From the NCBI GenBank assembly GCA_965206745.1, contig OZ242220.1:1-64000 (forward strand): a DNA stretch of 64,000 bases, written 5' to 3'. Source of the DNA: Nitrosopumilus sp. (GTDB lineage Archaea; Thermoproteota; Nitrososphaeria; Nitrososphaerales; Nitrosopumilaceae). Of this stretch, positions 1 through 8,722 are shown in pieces. The notes below the pieces were generated by a model. That model was not told the origin of the DNA and ran no database searches. It was given only the letters and a program-made list of their open reading frames with translations. A program made the position numbers and the translations under genes. Within the stretch, counting starts at the first letter, position 1. Every line of letters begins with the position of its first letter.

Positions 1-37
1 TATCAATTTTCAACAATGAAAGGTTAAATACAGTCTC

Positions 38-310
38 ATGAAAAACTTCCTTGTGCCTACTGCGTATGTACTATTAAATTCGGATTTAGGATCAGATGAG
101 TCAATCATCGGTGAGGTAAAACAGATTCTTGCAGAAGAAGGTGTCAAATATGAAATTCAGGGCGTCTACGGGGTGTATGATATTGTCTTGAAGTTATCCT
201 CTGATGACGCTGAAAAATTACGTGCAATCATTACCAACAGGGTTAGAAAGATCAGCAAAGTCCAATCGACACTAACGATGATGGTAATAGAAGAACAAGA
301 GAATCTATAA
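38..310 (+). CDS. Lrp/AsnC ligand-binding (RAM) domain protein
   Basis: AYVLLN...GVYGVYDIVLK...IRKISKVQSTLTM pattern; true start possibly GTG at ~53. Confidence 0.85.
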   Translation: MKNFLVPTAYVLLNSDLGSDESIIGEVKQILAEEGVKYEIQGVYGVYDIVLKLSSDDAEKLRAIITNRVRKISKVQSTLTMMVIEEQENL

Positions 311-1456
311 TCTCTTTATCGCATCAATGACATTAAAAATCTGAGACTCGGTGTTAAAAAAGTGGGGGGATGCCCGTACAATCTTTTGATTCATCATCTC
401 CCGTACTGCCAGAATAATATTCTGTCTCTCCAATTTTTCAACAACCTGCTGCGAGTCAAGTCCCTCAAGATTAAAAGAGACGATGCTCGTTCTGGCACTT
501 GGATCCTCTGGCCCATACAGGACAATGTTTGGAATCTTTGATAGCTCTTCCCTAAAGATGCTGGATAAATGCTGGTTTTTTTTGCGTATGTTGTTCATGC
601 CAAATTTCAGCAGATAGTTCACCGATGATTCCAATCCTACGATTCCCGCATAATTTCTAAACCCGGTCTGAAATTTATCTGGCAGTTCCTTGTATGTCAG
701 TTTGGAATCACCGTCAATGACTGCAGATTCGCCGCCAACGGTTTTCGGTTCCAACAGTTCACTGGAACTTTTCTTGCAGTAAAATAATCCTGTTCCCATA
801 GGACCGCAGAGCCACTTGGAACCGTTAAAGGACATAAAGTCACACCTGAGTTTGGAGACATCTACATCCCCGATGCATCCTACAGTTTGCGCGCTATCAA
901 TAAAAAACGGAGTCCTCCCTTCAAGGATTTTCCCTATCTCTTCTACTGGCAGGATTGCGCCGGTGTTATACAGCGCATGACTGAGTGCAACCAGTTTTGT
1001 GTTGCTATTAATGCAGGATTCCAAATCATCCAACTTGAAAAAGCCGTTATCATCAATGGTCAAGCTTTGTATGGAAACTTTTCCTTGCAGTTTGATCCAC
1101 GGATAAAAATTGGAGTGGTGCTCGTGTGCCATTCCACGAATTATCATATTGGAATTACTATCAAAGGACAGTCCGTTTGCCACAAAGTTGATTCCATCAG
1201 TAGTGCTTTGAGTCAGGACAACTTCATCAGGATGGCAGGAGATGATTCTTGCAATGGTTTTTCGCGCATTTTGGAGTTTCTCATTAACGAATGGTTCGGA
1301 CTCTTTTGAGTCAGGACCAATGGAACTGTATGTAGTTAGGAATTCCTTCATGGCCTCAATACTTTGGATAGGCATCAGAGAAACGGATGCATTGTTTAGA
1401 TAGATTTTCCCTGAGGCCGGAAAATCATCAGAAATGTCTTTTGATGCCAAATTCAT
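305..1456 (-). CDS. Class V PLP aminotransferase, cysteine desulfurase-like
   Basis: IYLNNAS, EHHSN, DSAQTVG, NGSKWLCGP (PLP Lys), VRASPHFFN. Confidence 0.85.
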   Translation of the reverse strand: MNLASKDISDDFPASGKIYLNNASVSLMPIQSIEAMKEFLTTYSSIGPDSKESEPFVNEKLQNARKTIARIISCHPDEVVLTQSTTDGINFVANGLSFDSNSNMIIRGMAHEHHSNFYPWIKLQGKVSIQSLTIDDNGFFKLDDLESCINSNTKLVALSHALYNTGAILPVEEIGKILEGRTPFFIDSAQTVGCIGDVDVSKLRCDFMSFNGSKWLCGPMGTGLFYCKKSSSELLEPKTVGGESAVIDGDSKLTYKELPDKFQTGFRNYAGIVGLESSVNYLLKFGMNNIRKKNQHLSSIFREELSKIPNIVLYGPEDPSARTSIVSFNLEGLDSQQVVEKLERQNIILAVREMMNQKIVRASPHFFNTESQIFNVIDAIKRL

Positions 1457-1482
1457 TATTATATCTGTAGGATGCTAAGGGG

Positions 1483-2070
1483 GTGTTGGATAAAAATCCT
1501 GAGCAGGCTGCAGATAATTTGATGCAGATTCGAATCAAGTTTGAACAGAAAAATCCCAACATGGTCTTATGTTCAAAACCGTTCCACAAGGCAGAGTTTC
1601 TTGATAGACTAATCAGTTCAACTGAGGATCCAATAATTTTCATTGACATGGATCTGCTTTATACCGGATATGTAAAATCAGGGATGATTCAGAAGAAGAA
1701 AAATCTAACGATCTTTTGTCCAAATAGGATAGACTGGGAAGAAAAGTTGTCGGAAGTTATCTCCAAGGTGTCAAAGGAGAGATTTCTGGTAATCATCGAC
1801 TCGCTTAATGGGGTGTACAATCTGTTTGATGAGTTGGAATCTGCCAGATTCATTAATTCGTGTATAATGTTACTCTCATCAATTGGAGACTATGCCAAAT
1901 CATCAATTGTGGTAACTGGCATGGTACGAAAAAAAGACAATGGAAATTGGGTTCTATCGCCAGGCGGAAGGCACATCATAAAATCAGAGAAAACAGGCAC
2001 CTATCTTCTTAAAAAAATTGAAGATGACCTGGTTATAGATACTCTGAGTCAAAAAGGCAGCACAAAGTGA
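1483..2070 (+). CDS. Hypothetical protein, degenerate RecA/KaiC-like P-loop fold
   Basis: LVIIDSLN Walker-B-like motif; no clear Walker A. Confidence 0.55.
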   Translation: MLDKNPEQAADNLMQIRIKFEQKNPNMVLCSKPFHKAEFLDRLISSTEDPIIFIDMDLLYTGYVKSGMIQKKKNLTIFCPNRIDWEEKLSEVISKVSKERFLVIIDSLNGVYNLFDELESARFINSCIMLLSSIGDYAKSSIVVTGMVRKKDNGNWVLSPGGRHIIKSEKTGTYLLKKIEDDLVIDTLSQKGSTK

Positions 2071-2094
2071 CAGAGATCTGAGCGATCAGAAATT

Positions 2095-2127
2095 AAACGC
2101 CGTTATAAAATATCAAACGCCGTTATA
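2095..2127 (+). promoter_or_regulatory. 13-bp direct repeat AAACGCCGTTATA x2 upstream of ferredoxin, candidate operator
   Basis: Copies at 2095-2107 and 2115-2127 (20-bp period), just upstream of an AT-rich TATA-like box. Confidence 0.5.
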
Positions 2128-2181
2128 GGACGGTATTTTTAGGCAAATTATATTAATGCCAAACCAGAAAATGATTTTGTT

Positions 2182-2481
2182 ATGCCAGTAGGAATTATTC
2201 CAGACATCAGCGAACAAATGTGTATCGGATGCGCACTATGTGTAGAAATCTGTACCACACTTGGACCAGATGTCCTCAGAGTAAAACCAGTTGAAGGCTG
2301 GAAGAGAGGTAAAGCATTTGTCTTTTATCCAGAAAGATGTATTTCTGATGGTGCATGCATTGGTGTATGCCCAACAAAAGCAATCTTTTGGATGCGACCA
2401 ATGGACTTTACAGTTGGACAACCAGTCCCACTCTACAAGAACTCAGTCTTCGTCAAAGGTTGGACTGAATTAATCGATTAG
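2182..2481 (+). CDS. 4Fe-4S dicluster ferredoxin
   Basis: CIGCALCVEIC and CISDGACIGVCP motifs. Confidence 0.92.
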   Translation: MPVGIIPDISEQMCIGCALCVEICTTLGPDVLRVKPVEGWKRGKAFVFYPERCISDGACIGVCPTKAIFWMRPMDFTVGQPVPLYKNSVFVKGWTELID

Positions 2482-2541
2482 ATTAGTTCGTCAATTTTTA
2501 ATTTCTTTTTATTATTTTAAATTTTCAAAGCACCTGTTGCA

Positions 2542-2635
2542 TCATCTCTGATTAGGTTTTTCTTTGACCAGAATAGCTGCAAGGAATATTCCCTGGAATA
2601 ATGAGTAGATGATCAATTCAGGATGTTTCCAGATG
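2542..2635 (-). pseudogene. 3' half of small membrane protein gene split by islet 1
   Basis: Reads IWKHPELIIYSLFQGIFLAAILVKEKPNQR*, in frame with the 5' half at 4010-4176 across a TTCCAGATG duplication. Confidence 0.6.
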
Positions 2636-2822
2636 TAACAACAGTGATTGCTACAACACTAAACATTGCTAGAAGAAGTTTCTGGCTTTTTTGTATAGTC
2701 ATTGTACTATACAGAACTAATTTCTTTAAAGCGTTTGATTCAATTCTGATAAAACCAAAAAATATTAAAGTGAATTTTTTTGTCTGTTTCTTAATTTCAC
2801 ATCTCATAAAAATTCAATGGAA

Positions 2823-3023
2823 TTAGGGTTTGTAGTTTATCAATAGTAATAATGAATACAAGATAAAAATACATACATAATAAATGATGGAATGTCTTTC
2901 TAACTTGTTTAAATTTCTGACTTGCTGGATAAAAAACCAGATTCCAAATAATGTAAAAATAACAGGAATGCCTAGACAGTAAAAATAATAATCACTTATC
3001 TTAGAGTTTAATGCCTGAACCAA
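2823..3023 (-). CDS. Small hypothetical membrane protein (islet 1)
   Basis: Two hydrophobic stretches; very AT-rich, so may be spurious. Confidence 0.35.
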   Translation of the reverse strand: MVQALNSKISDYYFYCLGIPVIFTLFGIWFFIQQVRNLNKLERHSIIYYVCIFILYSLLLLINYKP

Positions 3024-3264
3024 TCAATATTGAAATAGATAAGAATGTAATAGTAATTATTAGCAACACAAAACAACTAAAATCTAAATTGATATTCTAC
3101 CAACTAATTTGTGTATGTGGTATTGATTTTATGATATGTGATGAGATATTAAAATTTTATAAAATAATTCTGTCTTTATTTTCTAAATGAAGAATCCTAC
3201 TCGTTTTTTCCTAAACATCTATCAAACAATGATTTTGGATTAAGTTTGTAATTGCAAATAATTT

Positions 3265-3543
3265 CTATGTTAAAATCTTCTTCATAATATCTACATATCC
3301 ATCTGGACGTCTACCTCTAGTTTCTGGCATGTCTCTTAAATTACAAATTACTTCTGCAATATCTTTAATATTGTTTTTTATTTGATCTGAGTATGGTAAA
3401 TTTTTTAAAATTTTGTCAACTTCATCCATACCATACCATCCATTTTGCATAATCTCGACAAAAAATATTCTAGCCAAATGTTCTCTTTCATCGGCATGCA
3501 TAGTGGCTGGATTAATATGAACACTTTTGATTTTCTCTGTCAT
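3265..3543 (-). CDS. Hypothetical protein (islet 1)
   Basis: Likely start MTEKIK at 3543; the longer ORF upstream runs through the hairpin region. Confidence 0.5.
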   Translation of the reverse strand: MTEKIKSVHINPATMHADEREHLARIFFVEIMQNGWYGMDEVDKILKNLPYSDQIKNNIKDIAEVICNLRDMPETRGRRPDGYVDIMKKILT

Positions 3544-3679
3544 TTTTTTAACGTCCAATAGTTTTATTGATGGTTTACTGTATTTATCCATATTGCATAA
3601 AATCACTAAAGATAAATGATTTACAACAAAGATCACTCTTGAATCATTATCATAGCTTGATAGATTTCTCTTTTCAAAG

Positions 3680-3715
3680 TCATGTTTGATGGGGGACTGA
3701 ACCTGGATATCAAGC
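3680..3715 (+). repeat. 36-bp inverted dispersed repeat matching 51298-51333 in the antiporter gene (35/36)
   Basis: tcatgtttga[t/c]gggggactgaacctggatatcaagc, compared base by base. Confidence 0.9.
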
Positions 3716-3721
3716 GAATGT

Positions 3722-3907
3722 TCATACATGTATTGCTCTATCTGGAAAGAGTTTTGTAAATTCATCTATGGCAGAATCAATTTTAGATAATGCTTCCTCT
3801 TTGGTATTTCCATACACAGCAATTTCGGGACTCAAGCTACATTTTACCATATATCCGTCACTCAATTTTTTGATATGGTATGTAATGCCATCATATACGT
3901 TGGACAT
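3722..3907 (-). CDS. HicB-like (UPF0150 fold) antitoxin domain, orphan
   Basis: DGYMVKC..PEIAVYGNTKEEALSKIDSAI pattern typical of the HicB N-terminal domain. Confidence 0.7.
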   Translation of the reverse strand: MSNVYDGITYHIKKLSDGYMVKCSLSPEIAVYGNTKEEALSKIDSAIDEFTKLFPDRAIHV

Positions 3908-4009
3908 GGTTCAACATCATGATGCTCTCGTATGACTCTTTATTATAGCCTAGAATCAAATTATCAGAATTAATAATTAACAGAAACTACACAGTACAAT
4001 TACAACAGG

Positions 4010-4176
4010 TTCCAGATGAAGGGGTTTTTGAATTCAGAGATCCAGATCTCATCATGGACTATCACAATTGGATCCGGAAAAGAATCCTCGTATGTATCAT
4101 CTGAGTTCAATGTCCATTCCTCCGTATAAAACAACCCCAAGAGTGTCAGGATTGTAAAAAATGAGGCTACTGACAA
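4010..4176 (-). pseudogene. 5' half of small membrane protein gene split by islet 1
   Basis: TTG start; SVASFFTILTLLGLFYTEEW...KNPFIW is open up to the duplicated 9-mer. Confidence 0.6.
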
Positions 4177-4238
4177 AATATCATTCCACAGGCATGGTTT
4201 AGATGATTAAATACTTGGGATTATTTGTAATAGTGGAT

Positions 4239-5219
4239 ATGACCAAAACAATTTTTTTCAGTTTACAAAAAAAGTTGCTGATATTGGTCTTGTCTGCAAC
4301 CCTGACTTCAATTTCAATTACCACCATTCTGTTCCTAAATTTTGACAACATACCAATTTTTGAACTGCAGGAAAATATCGTGTGGATCGGGATAACATTG
4401 ATGATTGGGTTGAGCATTCTGACATATTTTCTTTCAAAGCGTCTGTCTGAACCAATCACGAAACTTGGCGATGCGGCAAATAAAATTTCGCAGGGGGACT
4501 TTAGTGTTAGAACCAACATAAAGTCACACGATGAGATAGGACGCCTGTCTTCATCTTTTGATTCAATGGCACAAAAATTGCAGGAATCGCTATTTGAGAT
4601 CAAAGAAAAGGAAGAGGTCATCAAGCAGCAAGAAGATATCTTGCTAAAGTTTTCTCAGCAGGTTCAAAATGACTGTGTTGGAGTTATTGACATGAAGGAT
4701 TCCACCAAGATTTCAAGCAAACTATCAGACGAGAGCATTACAAAGCTGTATGAGATTTTCCTGAATTTTATGGCAAAGATTGTACATAATCACAACGGCG
4801 AGGTGGTAAAGAACATCGGGGATGCCCTGATGTTCAGGTTTCCAAATGTTGATCCCGATGATACCGTGGCAATGAAGAATATCCTGGAATGCTGCCTGTC
4901 AATGATTGATTCCCATGATGCGCTAAAAGAACAGCTGGATGCAGAAAACATGCCAGAGTTGGATTACAAGATCAGCGCAACTTATGGCTCTGTAAAAATA
5001 GCTCAAAGCACAACCTCCAACACTTCAGATATTTTTGGGCCCACAGTAAACAGATGCTTCAAGATTAACTCACTCTGTCCAAGAAACGGCGTGGTGATTG
5101 GAATTAATTTGTATGAGATTCTAAAGGGTTTTGACGAATACGAGTTTACGAAATTTACATCAAATGAGATGGAAAAAAAATACGGCTATAGTATTTTTGA
5201 AGTTAAAAGAAAGGGATGA
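4239..5219 (+). CDS. Membrane-bound class III adenylate cyclase with HAMP domain
   Basis: 2 TM, HAMP (PITKL...DEIGRLSSSFDSM), IDMKDST, KNIGDA, DIFGPTVN; K/D pair suggests ATP specificity. Confidence 0.88.
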   Translation: MTKTIFFSLQKKLLILVLSATLTSISITTILFLNFDNIPIFELQENIVWIGITLMIGLSILTYFLSKRLSEPITKLGDAANKISQGDFSVRTNIKSHDEIGRLSSSFDSMAQKLQESLFEIKEKEEVIKQQEDILLKFSQQVQNDCVGVIDMKDSTKISSKLSDESITKLYEIFLNFMAKIVHNHNGEVVKNIGDALMFRFPNVDPDDTVAMKNILECCLSMIDSHDALKEQLDAENMPELDYKISATYGSVKIAQSTTSNTSDIFGPTVNRCFKINSLCPRNGVVIGINLYEILKGFDEYEFTKFTSNEMEKKYGYSIFEVKRKG

Positions 5220-5235
5220 GAGTCTTTACGCCCGG

Positions 5236-6384
5236 TTATTTTTTTAAAAACCCAAGCTTTAGCCGACCCCAACTTTGTCCCTTTGAGGGCTTCAATGAGA
5301 GATAGTCTAGCATCTCATATGTGATTGTAAACCCCTTGCCGACCATGGTGTCATCCTTGTCGTAACTCTCCTTGTTTGGCACAAGTTCATCAGCCAAGTC
5401 CTTGATTTTCTTGGTTTTGAGATCAAACAGTCGTATCTTTTTGCCATTCTCAAGCTTGATTACTGCATCGCCACTCAGGCCCTGGATGGAAAAAGCCTCA
5501 AAGAATCTGATTGATCCGCCTTTTTTTAATTCAATAACCGAATCATAGGTAAACTTCCCCCCATAAAACAAAATCTCCCTTGCAGACAAGATCACATCAT
5601 CTTCTACATTGAGAACAATGATTGAGTCAGCCTCAAGCAGTACGGTATTTGCAAGATTTTCTGCAACAATTTTTCCATTAGGAGCTGAAATTTGGGTTCT
5701 ATGCTCTTGAGTTTGAAAAACTCCGACGCGAATGGGATCCTCGATGCGAAATTTCCTGCCGTAGATATTTCCCAGCACTACATCGCCATTATCCACGATG
5801 ATTTTGGCGCCATTATCAACCTTGTATTTATTTTCTAACGCATCTATGAACTTAAAGTCCCCGCTTGTCAGGTGAATGTTTGTCTGGTACTCCTGCGTCC
5901 ACGACGGACTAGAGATGTTGCCTTGCATTATGATGGAACCGTCATAGCTAAAGCTTCCCGCCATAAAATTCCCCTTTATTGACAAAGTGCCGTTTGCTTT
6001 TTGCTCCAACTCAATTTCGCCAAGAGTCTTTGATCCGAACAGTCTGGATCCAGTAGAGTTTGATTTGTTCAGTGTCAAGGCCCACTCTTGGGCAGTTTTC
6101 ATCTCTTTGAATAGTTCCTGGCCTAAGATTTGATTTTTCCTTCTGACATCAGCCTCAGAATCACCCGAATAAACTCTGGAATTTTTCAATTTCTCATTAT
6201 CTGTCTCGGGATATTTCTTGCCAATTTTTAGATCGTCGTATGCCTGCTTGATCTTGATAAATTGCTCATTTTCTCCACCGCGGTCTGAGTGAAACTGCAG
6301 TGCCAACCGTCTGAACGCATCTCTGATTTCTTTCTCAGTCGAACCCTCCAAGACTCCCAAGATGTCATAATTATTCTCTACCAT
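5236..6384 (-). CDS. J-domain protein with beta-rich C-terminal domain
   Basis: NNYDILGV...IRDAFRRLALQFHSDR...FIKIKQAYDDL; HSD in place of HPD. Confidence 0.8.
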   Translation of the reverse strand: MVENNYDILGVLEGSTEKEIRDAFRRLALQFHSDRGGENEQFIKIKQAYDDLKIGKKYPETDNEKLKNSRVYSGDSEADVRRKNQILGQELFKEMKTAQEWALTLNKSNSTGSRLFGSKTLGEIELEQKANGTLSIKGNFMAGSFSYDGSIIMQGNISSPSWTQEYQTNIHLTSGDFKFIDALENKYKVDNGAKIIVDNGDVVLGNIYGRKFRIEDPIRVGVFQTQEHRTQISAPNGKIVAENLANTVLLEADSIIVLNVEDDVILSAREILFYGGKFTYDSVIELKKGGSIRFFEAFSIQGLSGDAVIKLENGKKIRLFDLKTKKIKDLADELVPNKESYDKDDTMVGKGFTITYEMLDYLSLKPSKGQSWGRLKLGFLKK

Positions 6385-6485
6385 GATTGCACCAAAGTTA
6401 TTTTTTCAAATCCCTATACTTAGGTTATTACGTGGAATATCAAGGATTCGACAATATTTTTAACATAGCAATTGAAAATAAATCA

Positions 6486-7142
6486 TTATTTCTTCTTTGA
6501 TTTTAGAACCGCAATTATGGCTATGGCAACTCCAATGAATCCAACGCCAATTCCAGCATATCCTGCGTCATTTGCTTGATTTTGTTCCAAATGTTTCACT
6601 GATTCTTTCAAATCATTGATATCTGCAATCAGGGCAGTATGCCCGTCAATCATTTGTGTTATCGTAATATCAGAGGATACAGGAAATTCTATGTATGATC
6701 GTTCACTTACCTTTGGCGGATGCATGGACAGGCTGATCGGAGTATCTGCAATGGTTCCAAGAATATTTGCCTGATAAAATCCTGAAACAGTCGGGTTGAC
6801 AAACGCATGGTATTTGCCCACGACATCATGATCAGGCGAGAGAGGAAGTATGATGCTTTTGTCCTTGTGGACTAGTTGTATCTTGACTGTCTTTTTTAGA
6901 TCCGGAATTCCATTGGCAAACTCTTGGGATGCGGCGCATTTTAGCGCATCAGGAATGTCAGGACATGGGACTAGCGGACTGGCATAAAACTCGATGGCAT
7001 TGGTCTCTCTGGATACGACTGGCTCGTTCATCCAACCAATCTCAACTCTGTAATCACCCACAGAATCAATTGTATGCCCATATGCGGCTCCAGACAGGCA
7101 GGGAATTATCAATAGGGACAAAATTGTGAAATTTAATTTCAT
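6486..7142 (-). CDS. Exported, C-terminally anchored protein; mature N-terminus probably His
   Basis: Signal peptide ending AAYG|H, short coiled coil, C-terminal TM plus basic tail. Confidence 0.7.
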   Translation of the reverse strand: MKLNFTILSLLIIPCLSGAAYGHTIDSVGDYRVEIGWMNEPVVSRETNAIEFYASPLVPCPDIPDALKCAASQEFANGIPDLKKTVKIQLVHKDKSIILPLSPDHDVVGKYHAFVNPTVSGFYQANILGTIADTPISLSMHPPKVSERSYIEFPVSSDITITQMIDGHTALIADINDLKESVKHLEQNQANDAGYAGIGVGFIGVAIAIIAVLKSKKK

Positions 7143-7233
7143 ACTTGAAAAACCAAATTTGATTTTAAAAATGTTCTATCAATTTTCAAAAGATGACAAA
7201 GTTTGCGTCAGATTATATCTAAGAACTCAAGAT

Positions 7234-8583
7234 TCAGGAGACTGAATGCGTCATCTTGAAATCTTCCATATTCTTATCAAAAAAGAATTTGTCAGTAAAG
7301 GCAGGTTTCAAGTCATCCAACCAGATTGCATTCTCGTCATATTTTGCAAAAAATGGCACCTCTACCCAATCAGGATTTCTGCCCTGCAAGAATCTCAAAA
7401 CAATTACCTTTTGATTATTGATATTTGCAGTCCCAATAACATGCACCTTTCCGGGCGTTGCTGACATGCTTGGTCCACGAACGGTTCTGGCCAGTCCACT
7501 AACTGAGGAATATGCCTTTTTGAAGATTTCATGGGCCTCTACCAGTGGGATTCCAAAGTAATGCTGAGCCCCCGTATCCCTAACTACAAACATGTAGTAT
7601 GGAATACAGCCGAGTCGGACTTGTTTGGTCCACATCTTTGCCCACATTTCTGCATCATTGTTGATGTGTGCTAGCAGGGGGGATTGGGTTCTGATTTGTG
7701 CGCCTGTTTTTCTTACTGCCTTGATTGCATTTTTTACTGCATCTGTTGACAATTCGTTCAGATGATTAAAGTGGGACATGAATGCAAGATGCAGACCGTT
7801 ATCCGTGATTTTTTTAAAGACATCCAACATTTCCTGGGAATCAGAATCTGTCAGAAATTTGTATGGCCAGTATGCCAGAGCTTTTGTTCCAATCCTGATC
7901 GTCTTGAGATTCGGAAGCTTTGCATCAATTAGCGTGTCGATGTATTTTGCAAAAATTTTGGCCCTCATGATCATCGGATCCCCGCCGGTGAAAAGTATGT
8001 CGCTGATCTCCGGATGCTCGCTCACATATTGAACAAGCTGCTGGCCTTCTTGCATGGCAAACTTCATCTCGTCCATTCCAACAAACTGTGGCCACCTGAA
8101 ACAAAAGCTACAGTATGCATGGCATGTCTGGCTTTGGCTGGGGAAGAAAAGGCAGGTTTCCTTGTATTTGTGCTGCATTCCATAAAGTTTGGTTCCATCC
8201 TTTAGTGTCGGAACATTAAGCTCCATCTGTCCTGCAGGATGTGGATTTAACTGTAAACGTATCTCATTTGCAATTTTTGTAATCTCTTTCTTCTCAAGGT
8301 TATTTTTCAAAGCTGTCTCCATTTTTGCATAGTGCTCTGGCTTTAACATCCCCTTTTGTGGGAATGTCAGGACAAAGATTGGATCATTTGGAATGTTATT
8401 CCAGTCAATTAGCTGCTCAACGACATAATTATTTGCCTTAAACGGCAAAACATTTCCCACAACCTCCATTTCAAACTGGGTTTTCTCGCCAAGATTCTGA
8501 ATTTGTGGCAGAGTGCGAAAATTTGATAATGTGTAAGATTTTAGTGATGGCGATTCATTCCATACTGATTCCTGATGGGTCAT
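7234..8583 (-). CDS. KamA family radical SAM protein (lysine 2,3-aminomutase-like)
   Basis: HKYKET, CHAYCSFCFR, ILFTGGDP, HFNH, PYYMF. Confidence 0.88.
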   Translation of the reverse strand: MTHQESVWNESPSLKSYTLSNFRTLPQIQNLGEKTQFEMEVVGNVLPFKANNYVVEQLIDWNNIPNDPIFVLTFPQKGMLKPEHYAKMETALKNNLEKKEITKIANEIRLQLNPHPAGQMELNVPTLKDGTKLYGMQHKYKETCLFFPSQSQTCHAYCSFCFRWPQFVGMDEMKFAMQEGQQLVQYVSEHPEISDILFTGGDPMIMRAKIFAKYIDTLIDAKLPNLKTIRIGTKALAYWPYKFLTDSDSQEMLDVFKKITDNGLHLAFMSHFNHLNELSTDAVKNAIKAVRKTGAQIRTQSPLLAHINNDAEMWAKMWTKQVRLGCIPYYMFVVRDTGAQHYFGIPLVEAHEIFKKAYSSVSGLARTVRGPSMSATPGKVHVIGTANINNQKVIVLRFLQGRNPDWVEVPFFAKYDENAIWLDDLKPAFTDKFFFDKNMEDFKMTHSVS

Positions 8584-8722
8584 TTTCTAATTGACACGCT
8601 TGCCCTTGTTAAATGTTATATCATTCGTACGCATGAAATTTATCAGTTGATCAGAAATCCGATTGGAAATAGAAATCATATTAGAGGTTACGTTTGTATT
8701 CTAGAACAGGAGAATGTGTTAG

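Larger units (their letters stand above)
2627..4018. mobile_element. AT-rich islet 1 (~1.4 kb) bounded by 9-bp direct repeats TTCCAGATG
   Basis: Repeats at 2627-2635 and 4010-4018; sharp AT shift; no integrase or transposase inside. Confidence 0.65.
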
